Below, one piece after another: positions 11,563-25,409 of a stretch of DNA of 64,000 nt. Position numbers and translations under genes: made by a program. Each line of letters opens with the position of its first letter. The stretch's first letter is position 1. The DNA comes from Eledone cirrhosa (lineage: Eukaryota): contig OZ024743.1 in NCBI GenBank assembly GCA_964016885.1, positions 146,568,001-146,632,000 of the forward strand. Reading direction: 5' to 3'. The notes under the pieces were generated by a model. The model searched no databases. It had not been told where the DNA came from and saw nothing but the letters and a program-made list of their open reading frames with translations.

Positions 11563-14500
11563 TTATCATCATCATCATTATCATCACCGTTTTACATCTG
11601 TTCTTCCACGCTAGCATGGGTTAGACGGGTTGTCCTGTTGCGGGCAGTGTCTGGTCGGCTGACCTTGTCTTGCTCATACAGGAACTGATTTTGGCTTGAT
11701 TTCTACAGCTGGATGCCCCTCCTAACACCAACCTCATTTACAGTGAGTGCTAGGTGCTTTTTTTCCGTGGCGCCTACACGTCCACTTTACAGTGTGGGCT
11801 GGGTGCTTTTTTGCGATGGCACCTCCACGACCACTTTGCAGTGGGAGGGTGTGGGGGCATATTGTCTATATGCTTCAGCTTTGGCTTGTACCCATGGGAG
11901 GTCGGGTACTTTGTATTACTGTGTGGTGCCAGAGGTCACGGTCGTGTGTCATCGCCTTTGAGAGGTGTAAGGTCGGCTTTTATCACCTCATCCCAGGTCT
12001 TCTTGGGTTTCCCCACTCCGTGGTTTCCATCGACTTCTAGTGCTCTGCACCTTTTTATGCAGTTGTCATCCTTCATACGCATCACATGTCCATACTAATG
12101 CAACCGCCTCTCCTGCACAAAGCGTTTGATTCCTCTTATGCGCAGTCTCTCTCTCAACTCGTTTATGCTTTGCCGTTCGCATATATTACTATTACATATC
12201 CATCTGAGCATGCAGGCTTCGTTTCTTTCTAATCTATGCAAGTCTACCACATTCAGCGTCCAGGTTTCACTACCATGTAACATTGCTGTTCGGATACACG
12301 CATCATACAGTCTGCCTTTCATTTTGAGGGAAAAGCCTTTTGCAACTAGCAGTACTTGTTTCCTGTGGCTGTTTGCTGCTTGCTGTCCCAGTACAGCTGC
12401 TACATGTGAAGCCTACATTCTTAATTAAGCTTCCTGAGATCCCGCTACATCTCTTGTGTACCCAGTGTTTGCATTTGGGGCAGAGAATGGAGATCCTACC
12501 TACACCTTTCCTATATACTGAGCAAGGCCATTTCCCTGAGGGGATCTGGGTTCTGTTTTCTCGTCTACTTACAAGGGCCTTAATCTTTGTCATGTTGACT
12601 TTGAGACCATTTCTTTCTAGTCCCTGCTTCCAAGATTGGAATTTCTTCTATAGTTCTACCATAGATTCAGCTATAAGTGTGAGGTCATCTGCATACAGGA
12701 GTTCCCATGGGCACCCGGTCTTAAACTCCTCCGTTATTGCCTGCAGGACTATGATGAACAGGAGAGGGCTAAGAACAGAGCCCTGGTGGACACCAACCTT
12801 TATGCTAAATTCCTCGCTATATTCATTGCTAATCCTAACTTTGCTGACTGCTCCCCTATACATGGCTTGTACAGCTTTCGCAAGCCATTCATCTACTCCT
12901 AGTTTTCTAAGAGCCCACCAGATTATAGCATGTGGAACTCTGTCAAAGGCTTTCTCGAGATCGACGAATGCCAGGTAGAGTGGCTTACTTTTAGCTAGGT
13001 ACTTTTCCTGCAACTGCCTCACAAGGAAGAGGACATCAGTGGTACCTCTTCCTGGTACAAACCCAAATTGCATCTCATCTAGTTTCACCCGGTCCCTAAT
13101 CAACTGTGCTATAACTCTTTCCGTTACTTTCATGACCTGGTCCATCAGCTTTATACCTCTATAGTTTCCTCTATCTAGTGCATCACCTTTACCTTTATAG
13201 CAGTTGACAATGATGCTACTGCACCAATCCTTTGGTATGACACCTTCTAGTATTACCTGGTTAACAATACGTGTGGTTATCGTGTGATCCACCGACCCAG
13301 ATGCCTTCAGCATCTCGGCAACTATACCTGATGGACCGGTTGCCTTCCCCATCTTCATATCTTTGATTGCCTTACTTACTACACTGCTGCTGACTTGTAC
13401 TGTTGGCCCCTCTATAGGGTCTACTTGGGGTAGGGTCTCTTCTTCCCATGCTTGAATTTTTTATCCTCTGCTTCCCTCCTAGCTAAGTATACTTGTCGCC
13501 TAGCTTTCCTCCTAGTCTCTATGTAATGTACCCTGCTTCTCCCGTTCTTCCATTCTTTCCATGCTTGTCTCATGGCCTTAACTGCCTCATCTACCTTATT
13601 GTTCCACCACCAAGTCACTCTCCTCCTGCCTGTGGTCTTACTCCAGCCACAGATCTCATCCGTTGCCTCTAGTAAGTTATTTTTTAGGAATTCCCAGTGC
13701 TCTTCTACATTGAATGTCTCTATCTGTTGTTCTTTACTGTCGTAGGCGTTGAGTAAAGTGTTTACCTACGTGTCCGTTAAAATCTCCTGCAATGATTAGG
13801 AAGTCATTGTAGTTTGTTAGAGCAATAGTGTGCATTAGGGACTCGTAAAACCTATCCTTAATTTCGTCTGGCAACCCTGATTTGGGTGCGTAAGCTGATA
13901 TTATTGTGGTAATTACCACAATAATAATTTTATTCAGAACTAGTCAGTGTTTAATGATTCTTGCATTCACCCTGTTCCCTGAGATTACTTTATCTACCCA
14001 CTTGTCAGCTTGTAGAATACTTACACCACCCATCCCATCGTCATTTGCCACCCAGAAAAATTTGTAGCACTGACTTTTTCCTACAAGGACTTTAGCAGAC
14101 TCTCCTCTCCATCTAGTCTCTTGCACACAGCATACACCAATTTCCTTTCGCTCTAGCATCTCTGCAATTTCTCCTGCTCTTCCTTTCATTGTGCTTACAT
14201 TGATGGTACCAACTCGGAGTTTTGGGCATTTGTCAACATTCATGGGGAAAAGTCGATTTTTGCAGGGGTGTGCTTCCTGTCTCTGAATTGAAGCTTCACA
14301 TGGGTGCTTGGTAGCTTGCGGATTCATATTCATTTTCATTTATTAATTCAGGGTTGCTCCATTTATTCTCAGCTCATCCAAACATAACGGTAGGAAAATT
14401 CAGGGCTAGAAGAACAGTAGTGGTGGTAATAATGGCAGGGTGTATTGGGGCTGGGACGGCTGGGGAGAGAGGTAGGTAGTAGTAGAAATGGTAGGGTTTG

Positions 14501-14950
14501 TTGGAGTTGGTAATGGGTGAGGGGGACATGCCGAGGTTTGATTGGTCGAATAGGCTATGGTGGCGTGAGGGGGTGGGCGGGAGGGAAATCGTGAGGTAGG
14601 TAGCCATCATGGCCTGTAGCATCTCATGCCAAAATAAACCGATAGGAGTTGATGACTTTGAAGAGACAGCTAAATGAAAAATAGAGCAACACTAATAATA
14701 GTGTAAGAGAGAGGAAGAGAGTAGATGACTTCGTAGAGAGGCAGCATGGGAGAGAAAATGAGGGTAAAAATAAATGTGTGTGATAAATACAGCAATAATT
14801 GTGTGAGCGGAACATTTGCAATTGGGAAATAGAAGGATAGCTGGAAGATTTGTATGGATGGGTGGCTGGAACGTGGTTTAGCAGCTCTAGTGATTCATTT
14901 TAGCCTTTCAGAGTCAAGTGTGTCTTATCTCTTCAAGAACTTCAAGATGT
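11563..14950 (-). mobile_element. Near full-length but decayed RTE-clade LINE
   Basis: APE motifs (VGTINVSTM, CVQETRW, SAYAP, AGDFNGHVG), RT motifs (NYRGIKL, FVDLEKAFDRVP, GVHQGSVLSPLLF, LYADD), Cys-rich insert, 3' UTR and (ATG)n tail. 5' boundary approximate. Confidence 0.9.
11930..14339 (-). pseudogene. Disrupted RTE endonuclease/reverse transcriptase ORF
   Basis: Split across ORFs 13944-14339, 13734-13919, 13421-13618, 12648-13358, 12303-12593 and 12095-12322 by frameshifts and deletions. Confidence 0.9.
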
Positions 14951-15319
14951 ATATATATATATATATATTGGTAAACGGAATAGAAAAGGCTGACAAATTG
15001 TTCACAGTTGAAAAATGGTTTAATTAGGAATAAAAGAGTATTAGTGATTGTATGGATTAGTATTCAGTTGTGGTTTTAAGTTTTTAAACCAGTGTCTGTC
15101 CTGAGGGCATCAACATACGTTAACCTTGGTCTTCCTCTTCTAGTGTGTCCATGTAGGGGCTCCCAAAGGAGTACTGAGTGCAATGTCAACTCTGGATGTC
15201 GGTGAGCATGTCCAGCTAACCTCAGTCTCCTCTGTGTCACTTTTATATATATATATAACTTTTATATATATATAACTTCAAGATGTATATATATATATGT
15301 GTGTATGTATATGCATATA

Positions 15320-15729
15320 TAGAGAGGGAGTTAAGTAGGTAGATAGAAAGAGAGGTAGATACATAGAGATAGATAGAGAGATAGACAGATAGACTATTAT
15401 GTAGATAGGCAGATACATACATAGACAGACAAAGATAGAAAGATAGGTAGAAATATATAGGTAGACAGATAGACAGAGGGATAGAGAGAGAGAGAGAAAG
15501 ACAGAGATAGAAAGATAGATAAATAGACAGACCGATAGCTAGACAAACATATAGATAGATGCATAGATAGATAAATAAATAGACAGAGCAAGTAGATAGA
15601 TAGTTATTAAGCAGATAGATAGATAGATTGTAGATAGATAGATGTTGCTGTTTTCGTTGTCTGAAGATAGATAGCAGCTGCTCATCTTGTCAACACTGTG
15701 AGAGAGAGAGAGAGAGAGGGAGAGAGAGA

Positions 15730-15823
<94 letters not shown>
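15320..15823. repeat. (GATA)n-like and (GA)n microsatellites
   Basis: Directly visible. Confidence 0.95.
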
Positions 15824-15826
<3 letters not shown>

Positions 15827-17250
15827 TGGGCAGCAGATATCAGATTACCATTTCCGAAATAAGTTTAGCTCAAAGTGCCTGTCAGGTGATACTTGTATTT
15901 TATTATAAAGATGATGATAATGGTGATGTGTGTATGTATATAGATCATCTTCATCGTTTTTATGTAGATTTCTTTTCATGCTAACATGAGTTGGATGAGA
16001 CATTTTGAAGCAATGTCTTACTGCCAGATGCCCTTCATGACACCAATCCTTTTAATTGGTTCTTACATTATGCAAGGATACAGTGTATCTATTCTAAACT
16101 AGATACACATAACAGATAATGAATACTTTATAGCTTGTCAAATTCACTGATCATTTAACAAAAATTTAAATAATATTCTTGAACAGCTCAAAGTTTCAGG
16201 AGAAGCAAAATACTATCTAATATGAAGCCTACAAATTCATTCTGTATATGGAAGAGTGAAATATACAAAACTTTCTAAAGTTTATCCTGTGACTCTCTAA
16301 TATTGTTACTGTTTCTAGATTCCAATGATGGAAATGAGTTTCTTTGTTAGAAACCAGCCATTTCAGCATATATAAATATAGACATATATATATACAAATA
16401 TAAAGGGTGAATGGTTGCATCCGAGAACAAAATGCTTATGTTTTTCTTCTCTTAATATGCAGAAGGTCAATTAAAATAAACTTTAATCAGTAAGGTAAAA
16501 CATACATACATACATGCATACATACATGCATACATACATATATACTTATCATACATACCAAAAAGAAAATTACATAGATATAGATCCAGCTGCATTTCTT
16601 TGAAAATCAATGAAAAAGAGAATATTTATAAATAACTGCTTTGAAGCATTCAACTTATCTTCCCAGATGATAAATTTAAATTTCTCCCCATAATTATTAC
16701 TAGACTTTGTTATCCTACTAAATGTTTAAAATATAATCTTGAAAACTGGAGTTTTCAGACAAAGAAACTGACCAGCTTACAATATTTAAGTAGAACAGCA
16801 AATATATGCAAAACCTTTCTAAACACCAACATGTAACAGTTCCCTGTTGTTATTTTAATTCCTGGGATATAGCTTAGTTTCTTTGTTAAATCTTTCTGAT
16901 GTGACAGAGATAGTGGTAACACTCTGAAGCAAATAAACCAAAGTACAAGAACTAAGGTATGAAAATAACACATAAACATAATTCTAATGTAAAGTGGTAT
17001 CAACATAATTTTCTCTTTCTTTGGAGTTGAATGTTAAATATTTTATGTAACCTAATAAGTTAATAATGCTTATATAGTTCATCATAGGTGATAGATAACC
17101 TTTCTTTCAAAATGTTTTCCAGTTTAAGGTAAAGAGAGGGAGGGCAAGAGAGAAAAACAGACATAAAGAAAATAAAAAAAAGAGACACAGTGTGAGAGAG
17201 AGAGAGAGAGAAAGAGGGTGAGGGGAGGAGTGCGAGTGTGCGTGTGTGTG

Positions 17251-17344
17251 GAGAGAGAGTGTGTGTATATGTGTGCGTGAAGGAGAGAGAGTGTGTGTAT
17301 ATGTGTGCGTGAAGGAGAGAGAGTGTGTGTATATGTGTGCGTGA

Positions 17345-17409
<65 letters not shown>
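17251..17409. repeat. 32-bp minisatellite x3 plus (GA)n
   Basis: AGGAGAGAGAGTGTGTGTATATGTGTGCGTGA repeated. Confidence 0.85.
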
Positions 17410-17413
<4 letters not shown>

Positions 17414-17846
17414 CTCACCTTTCTCTAGTAATAAATCATAAGAAATATTTTGTATTGTGGTGATTGTCACCTAATAGCAAAAGTATAGTAAGAGGATGTA
17501 TCTCATTTCCCTTAGCATTAAATTATGTTTGAAGATAGGTATGTTTATATAAAAATCAAGTAGAATGATGTCAACAAGAATAAAATAAAAATACTCTGAC
17601 ATATATCAGGTTGTGTGAACAAGTAGAACAGTTGGGGTAATATTCTAGATACAGAATTGAATGACTATTATTGTAGAGATGATAAAGCAGAGTTAAAGTC
17701 TATGCTTTGCTGATGAAGTCAAAATAAGGTTGAAACATGCTCAGAATTGTCTCCCATACTTGGTGGAAGAATGAAAATATTCTAGATTAATATCTATTTT
17801 TTACCTCACTGGAAATCACTAATTGGCCTTTTAATGCTCCACATAT

Positions 17847-18060
17847 TAACCTCTTCAGTGCCATGGGCGAGATAACTCGTCAAACAGTTCGTAACTTCAA
17901 AGCTAGATGGGGTTACTAGTTTATTGATGTGATGTTTGTCAATCATTCAGATATGTGTTGTTAATAAATGTTTGTTTAAGAAAATAATCATTTTACTGAC
18001 CCCCCCCCCCCCCGTAGCAACTGTAGCTGTGTAAAATATACACGGCAGTCAGCAGGTTAA
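17847..18060. mobile_element. Degenerate TTAA-flanked (piggyBac-type) MITE
   Basis: TTAACCTCTTCAGTGCC ... GGCAGTCAGCAGGTTAA, imperfect terminal inverted repeats. Confidence 0.45.
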
Positions 18061-18569
18061 ATATGTTAACACCAGCTTACCATAGAGTTGAAGTTTATTT
18101 CTTTAAGTTTATTGACCTGTATTGCAGTGTATCAGTTAATTGAATAGTACTACTGTAATGTGGTTGCCGTTAGAATGGGCATCAAGCTGTAGAAACTAAG
18201 CCAAAAAGCACAGTTGACAGCAAAACAGGGTCATCTGACCTGATTAGTCTCATAATGTGATATCACATCTAACCTTCAGTTATCAATGCAGCTATCACAA
18301 AGGACAGCTACAACCACTTCAAGCAAATGATCATTTGTATATAGTGTGAGCTTGGCTGGTTATATTTAATTGATGGTAGCACTAAGACACTGTTTAATTA
18401 TAATATATGTGTATATGAAAACATATAACACGTTTATATACAATGAATATATGGGTAGCCTCACTGCCGAAGAAAAATATTTTTTTGTAGCCTAACGAGA
18501 TGAAAAAAAACATTTTTTTCCCCATTTTCCTCAACGAATATATCACTGAGTTGCCAGTATGTTCTGAGA

Positions 18570-18618
18570 ATGTCAGACAGTGCTGTTTCAAGATTTGTTA
18601 ATCTTTCATCAGTGACAC
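18570..18618 (-). ncRNA. Type I hammerhead ribozyme
   Basis: Minus strand reads GTGTCA CTGATGA AAGATT AACA AATCTT GAAA CAG CA CTG TC TGACAT. Core is intact, GUC triplet present, all three stems pair. Confidence 0.88.
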
Positions 18619-19204
18619 TCATTCAAAATGTACTGGCATGAAATAGACTATAGTCTTTATAGAATCTTGTATGATGATCACTTGCTGGAGATGCTCATTT
18701 GCATATAGCTTAATGGTCATTTGGATATTGCTTATCGCTAATTAAATATAAGCAACCAAGCTCACACTTCAGCAGTGAGGCTACCTATATGTTTATTGTA
18801 TATAAATGCATTATATATGTATTCATATACAGCTCTATTATGCTTAAATGGTGTCTTCGAGCTACTGCCAATTATACATATTTATATATATATGTAAAAG
18901 TTCTATTTAAAATTGTTGGGATACAACAAGCAAATATTTTTATAACTGATATAAAGCACTCAACAAATATTTGGAGTAAAAATACGATATTAACAAATGG
19001 AAACTATCTTTATAAAACCATATTTATTTCATTATACATATTTCAAGACACCAAGTTAAAAGGGTATGTCACTATTACTTTATAAAACTAATCTATATTA
19101 TATTTTATCTGATGAAAGCACACCATAATTTAACTTGGCGTCCTTGAAATATGTATAATGAAATAAATATGGTTTTATAAATATAGTTTCCATTTGTTAA
19201 TATC

Positions 19205-19281
<77 letters not shown>

Positions 19282-19282
19282 T

Positions 19283-19425
<143 letters not shown>

Positions 19426-19505
19426 TTATTTTACGTCTTTCATATATATATATGAAAGACGTAAAATAAGAAAATTATAAAAATTAACTTACTTACTAAA
19501 ATTTC

Positions 19506-19589
19506 ACTCCAACTAATTAGTTTCTGAAAGGGAATAAACATGGTTTCCGAATGGAACAACATGGAGAATACCTTTCGTCATCAGGAAGT
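19506..19589 (-). ncRNA. Type I hammerhead ribozyme with palindromic stem III
   Basis: Minus strand reads ACTTC CTGATGA cGAAAGG...CCTTTCa GAAACTAATTAGTT GGAGT. 12-nt palindrome AACTAATTAGTT, GUU triplet, mismatch at the base of stem II. Confidence 0.75.
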
Positions 19590-20032
19590 CAATTCTCAGC
19601 TAAGTTCCCAGGCGATGCGTGGACACAGGGAACTTATACAAAAATAATTCAGAGGATGGAAAAAAGCAAGCGAGGACTAAATTCCAAGACATTGAAAAAA
19701 TCACTGCCTACTTGGTCGGTGGCAAATTCAAAAGAATCAATCACGTGACATCGAGGTTAATCAGTGAGGAGTGGGGTGTTAAGAAGACAGTAGCCGAACT
19801 ATTACTATGAACTATAGTAGCAGTTTTTGCAAATTTTTGCTCAACAAAATAATTTGGAGTTAATTATAAAGAATTAGTATATCTACCAACATATATATAC
19901 AGATGCATACCTATGCTAGCAAATATATAGGTTTTGTCTTAGTAACTCTGTGGTTCAATGCAAGGGGATGCAGAACAATTATATGAAAGACGTAAAATAA
20001 GAAAATTATAAAAATTAACTTACTCAAATTTC

Positions 20033-20116
20033 ACTCCAACTAATTAGTTTGTGAAAGGGAATAAACATGGTTTCCGAATGGAACAACATGGAGAATACCT
20101 TTCGTCATCAGGAAGT
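20033..20116 (-). ncRNA. Second tandem hammerhead copy with G12C core substitution
   Basis: Matches 19506-19589 except that GAAA reads CAAA. Confidence 0.65.
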
Positions 20117-20563
20117 CAATTCTCAGCTAAGTTCCCAGGAGATGCGTGGACACAGGGAACTTATACAAAAATAATTCAGTGGATGGAAAAAAGCAAGCGA
20201 GGACTAAATTCCAAGACATTGAAAAAATCACTGCCTACTTGGTCGGTGGCAAATTCAAAAGAATCAATCACGTGACATCGAGGTTAATCAGTGAGGAGTG
20301 GGGTGTTAAGAAGACAGTAGCCGAACTATTATTATGAAGGGAGTGAAATTTTAGTAATTAAGTTAATTTTTATAATTTTCTTATTTTACGTCTTTCATAT
20401 AATTGTTCTGCATCCCCTTGCATTGAACCACAGAGTTACTAAGACAAAACCTATATATTTGCTAGCATAGGTATGCATCTGTATATATATGTTGGTAGAT
20501 ATACTAATTCTTTATAATTATCTCCAAATTATTTTGTTGAGCAAAAATTTGCAAAAACTGCTA

Positions 20564-20838
20564 TGTGCGATGTGTTGTTTCCTTGAGCAAGGCACTTTAT
20601 TTCACATTGATCCAGTTTACTCAGCTCTAGAAATGAGATGATAGGGACTGGGGTCCCTATCATTCCACTGAAAAGTGATCGTGGAGGTGCCACGGCAAAA
20701 AGCACCCAGCACTCACTGTAAATGAGGTTGGTGTTAGGAAGGGCATCCAGCTGTAGAAATCAAGCCAGAATCATTTCCCGTCCCACCCTTGCAAGCAGGG
20801 AAAAAGTGGCTGTAAAATGAAATGATGATGATGATGAT
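20564..20838 (+). mobile_element. SINE with CORE-like domain and RTE-derived 3' tail (second copy 31890-32140)
   Basis: CCTTGAGCAAG.CACTTTATTTCAC followed by GGTGTTAGGAAGGGCATCCAGCTGTAGAAATCAAGCC (the RTE 3' UTR) and (GAT)n. Confidence 0.75.
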
Positions 20839-22699
20839 GTATATATATGTATATATGTATATATATATGTATATATATATATACATGTGTGTGTGTTTAG
20901 AGGAAACAAAAATAAATAAAGTAGGGAATTCTGTCAGTTTCAGAACCTCACATTCACTCTAAATATGTGGTATGGTGTTAGAATATATGATGACAGCAAT
21001 AAAATAAGAGAATTTTGATTAGAGAGGTTATAAACTCAACTGAAAGGGAAATACACTGTTTTTGTCATTAGTCATTTATGAGATTATTATAACAAGTTTA
21101 CTAATGTATTGAAACAATTTCCCCTTGTTATTATTTATGGTATAGTTCTTCAGAAAATATCCAAATAATTCATAAGACCATTTGTTGAAATTGAATTTCT
21201 TTCATTTTATTCTGTTATTAATAGAATATTTTTAGCAAATATATATTTCATTATTTTTTAAAGCATAAATGAAATGAGTGGTGTCGGTAAATAATTTAAA
21301 GCCAGAAGAATATTGGACAAGAAGGCATCAGGAAAATGGAGAGGAGACAACAAGGAAGGAGGAAGTGTTTAAGATTTATTTTGGCAATAAAAATTCACTG
21401 TGTGAATCATTTCAAATTCTTCTAATCAAAAGCAAAGAATCATCCTCATTATTTTATTTCTACAATAGGACTGGATAATTTTATGAATGATAGTGAAAAT
21501 CTCTTTTAAAAAAAAGAAATATATTCTTTGTTCATAGATAACGAAAGCTGTTTAATTTATTTTGTCTGATTTATGTACAGATATGTTATAATATAAAATA
21601 TTTGATTGGCAGAATTGTTGGAATGTTGGACAAATTGCCTTGTGGTAAATGTTTTAACTCTACATTTTGTGTTCAAGTCCCAATGTCCTGGAGTTGAAAA
21701 ATAAACTACCAGTAAAATACTGCGTCAGTTTCTCTGTCAGTCCTCCAGAATTGGCTATGCTGTACTGTGTGATAGTTATGGAGACCACTCAAAAACCATT
21801 TTCCATGAAGTGAAGGAGGGTTGAACTAGGGGTGAGCAAATTCTTCCCACCTTGGATGCTTCAAAAATCATCCCCACAAAAAACAGAAAAATTGGTGGAT
21901 ATGGATGGACAAATGTGTCAGATGGCATGAAATGATTAAAGATGTCAGTGCATATGTATATGTATATGTGAAGGTGTATGGCTTAGTGGTTAGAGAGGTA
22001 GATTCACAATCATGAGGTTTTGAGTTTGATTCCTGGGCCAAGCGATGCATTGTGTCCTCTCACGCAAGACACTTTATTTCATGCTGCTCCAGTTCATTCA
22101 GCTGTATAAATGAGTTGTGACAAAACAGGTATCAAGTGACAGGCTTAGCAAGTCAGCAATAGAAAATAAACCCGCTAACAAAAAATCAAACAGAAGGCCT
22201 CATTCTAGAGGAACTTCTGGGCTGATGGGCCATAGGCCTAGCTGTTTGATGAAGAGAAGAGGAATACATATGTATTTAGGTGCAAATGAATGTCAGCATT
22301 TGTAAATATTATTATCCCTATTTCATTTTAATCTATTCATATAGATGTTGTCATCAGCCTTGGACTAAATGAATATGTGAATGAATATAAATAATTGTAA
22401 ATGCTACAGGGAAAGATTGACATTAAAGCTGTGAGGAAACAGTAGATTGCAGTTCAGTAGGAATAGTGTCAAAATGGATATGATGCATGAAATAAGGAAA
22501 TGCAGATTATGGAATAATAGATAGATTAATGGAAAAATTTATAAAGTAAAGGAAATGCTGATTTCTAAATTTAGTAAAGTGGTCAATTGGTAGTATTATT
22601 AGAATGTTGGGTAAATACTTTGCAGTTATTGTGTCAGACCATTGCATTCTGAGTTCAAATAACACCTAACTAATTGTGTTCTTTCTGGTTCTGTGAAGC

Positions 22700-23300
22700 C
22701 CAGCTTCTCAAGATTTGTATTTAGGCAGTTATAACATATTCCAGTGTGCCAATAATCACAAGTATAAATTTGAAGGTATAGTCAGGGTGTAGTATCTGCA
22801 GATTCCTCATTAGTTCTGCATATATATTCTCCTTTTTGCTAATCTTTAACATTATATTGGCCTCTGCTGGGAAGCTAACTTCCACTACTGTGCATGCCTT
22901 CTTTTCCCTGTCTCATATCATTATATCTGGTCTGTCATGTTTGCAGTTTATTGAGGTTTTCACTGGAATATTCCACCAGTACTCTTTCATATTATGTATG
23001 TAGATGTCTTCCACAGTACTATAACTTTTAATGTGTTTATTTCTAAGGATTGCATTGTATAGTGTTTTGGCCATTACATCATACCTCCTAGGTAGATAAT
23101 ACCATGATGACATCTTTGGAAAGCTGCTTATGACATGGGTGACTTCTTCGAAGTTAATTCTGCAGAACCTGCATTTGTTGTCACATCTAGGTGTTTTGCC
23201 TGCACCCTATCTTTTTTGTGAATTAGGTATTTTGTATTGATATCCTGTTCTTGGATTGCAAAATCATATCCTTCAACGTGAGAGCCAATATAGCAGTTGT
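22700..23300 (-). mobile_element. Decayed RLE-type (R4/Dong/NeSL-like) non-LTR retrotransposon C-terminal fragment
   Basis: AIQEQDINTKY, a CCHC remnant and YWWNIPVKT..KHDRPDIMI, a PD-(D/E)xK endonuclease region. Confidence 0.7.
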
Positions 23301-23327
23301 TGGTCCAATAAAATGTATGTATGTATG

Positions 23328-23718
23328 ATGACCCCTTAGCCTTTGTCAAGGCAGAATTCTAGGAGAAGGAAAACTCTGATATAACACCTGCAACCCTGAT
23401 GGTATCCAATGATGTTGACTTGTTCTTCTTTTTGGTAAATATCATCTTGGTTAAGAGAGTGGGACTGGCTTTGTGCAGTGCCTTTGCTCACTATAAAAGC
23501 TTCACGGCACAGGCATTGCTTTATATCTGGAGATCTCTCTGCACTTGTCATCACATGGTACCATGGGCCCAGCACTATGTGTCAATAATTGTCACAAGTA
23601 TAGTGTTTGTACCAGAGTTTTCAAGTCGCTGGCTGGACTAAAAAGTTACACTCGTTCAGCACATCGGTACATGGATATAAAGTAGTGGCCGTACTCGAAA
23701 ACGAGTTGGCAGCCACCA
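23328..23718 (+). repeat. Dispersed non-coding repeat, near-identical to 33553-33955
   Basis: About 390 bp of high identity, containing CTAGGAGAAGGAAAACTCTGA, which resembles RTE-type LINE 5' UTR motifs. Confidence 0.85.
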
Positions 23719-24584
23719 TGTATGTATGTATGTATGTATGTATGTATGTATGTATGTATGTATGTATGTATGTATGTATGTATGTATGTGTGTGTGATGT
23801 ATGTATGTATGTATCTGTGATGTATGTATGTATGTGTGAAGGTGTGGCTTCACAGTTAGGGTGTTTGGCTCATGATAGTAAGGTCAAGAATTTTATTCTT
23901 GGTGGCTCATTGTGTACTTGAGCATGATACTTTCTTTCATATTGCTTCAGTCTATGTATAATGAGTTATATCTGTAATTCAAATTGTCGTAATTGTCATA
24001 CCATGTGTAACATTGAATCTCCCTGAGAATTACGTTTAGGATACACATGTTTGTGGAATGCTCAGTCACATGCACGTGAATTCCATGAACAGGCTATTCC
24101 ATTATCGATCATCGTTGGAACCAATGGAGGGACAACACATATAAGTATGTCACTGCATTTCTTAAAATTTATAATCCAATCCAATGCCTTCTCAACTCTT
24201 GTTGGAGAAACCCATCTCTAGTTGACCTCCATCGTTTTCTGTTAGGTTTTGGTCATGTCAGGAGTGTAGTCGTATTCACTACACTTGGCCAATTGAGGGT
24301 TGGTGAAGCTATTTAATTTATGACCATTGATTCTGAGGAGTTCATCTGCCCTTTTGTTGTTTTTTGTGCTGCAGGGGTTCTACTTATCCACCTCACCAGT
24401 TTGGTGGGGGAGCCAGTTTAGTCACCATGAAGCAGGTTATATTGGGTTACATGGAACTAGTAGCAAACAAAAGCCTGACCTGACTATTAAAATTTATAAA
24501 GAACTCCCTAAAAAGACTTGAATTATGAATTTCCTACTGATTATGGAAGCCATTGTACTATGGAGACTTGGACTTTATCTTGAA

Positions 24585-24806
24585 ATAATTGTTTCTACTT
24601 TAGGTACAAGGCCAGTAATGTTTTGGGAGGGGAAAGGCGATTAAATCGACCCCAGTGCATTACTGGTGCTTTATTTATCGACCCCGAAAGGATGAAAGGC
24701 AAAGCTAACCTCAGTGTGATTTGAACTTCGAACGTAAAGGGCCGTAACTCTATGCCACGTAGCATGTTGTCCGATGCTCCACTGATACTGCCAATCCACT
24801 GCCCTA
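24585..24806 (-). mobile_element. Meta-like tRNA SINE (further copies 39824-40041 +, 40547-40740 -, 42300-42492 +, 44825-45000 +, 46572-46690 -, 49422-49775 -, 56686-56873 -, 57442-57662 -, 57673-57860 -, 62108-62296 -)
   Basis: Shared core ACTGGTACTTTATTTTATCGACCCCGTAAGGATGAAAGGCAAAGTTAACCTCGGCGGGATTTGAACTC. Several copies have TSDs, e.g. ATTATTACACAGTA around 44825-45000. Confidence 0.88.
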
Positions 24807-25285
24807 ACTTTCACTTGAAATAATACAAAGGGCTATTTTACTTGATTTTCACATGTGTCCTTTGAGAATTTCTCTCTAATCAGAATTCTGCTAGTTAGAG
24901 AGGAGGAAGAATGGAGAAAGAGGGTAAGAGAGAATGGAAGAGGAAGAGAAAAGGGGAGTAAGTGAGTGAGTGTCAGAATGAAAAGTGCTTCAACTCTGGT
25001 AAAAGAATGTTGCTAAAGAAAAATAATGGTTAAAAATAATGAGAAAAATATAGTGCACTTATTGATGATGGTATTCTAAGAGATTATAAAGGCTAAACAC
25101 ACACACATCCATACACATAAAATCTAATCTATAAATATCTCATGATGTATTAATACAAATATGCATATCAGTATAAGTATGGATTATTCCATTGTTTATA
25201 TATTTACTTGTATTTTGGTTTCTGCATCCATCTGTCTGTCTGTCTGTCTATTTATCTATCGTCTAACTATTTATCTATCTAGCAT

Positions 25286-25329
<44 letters not shown>

Positions 25330-25409
25330 ATATCTATCTATCTATAAAAACAAACACAACACAAGAAAATTACACTTACACTTACATAAACACTGAAAAC
25401 AAAACACTA

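Noticed and set aside
12340-12978. 212-aa + strand ORF, and alternative-frame ORFs within 25860-29264
   Set aside because: Antisense or alternate-frame shadows of LINE RT coding sequence.
19551-20337. Duplicated 63-74 aa ORFs in the 527-nt unit
   Set aside because: Short, overlapping, with no recognisable motif and antisense to the hammerhead. The duplication is explained by the tandem repeat.
25161-25409. N-terminal extension of the 198-aa ORF
   Set aside because: Runs through host sequence and the (TATC)n tract upstream of the element.
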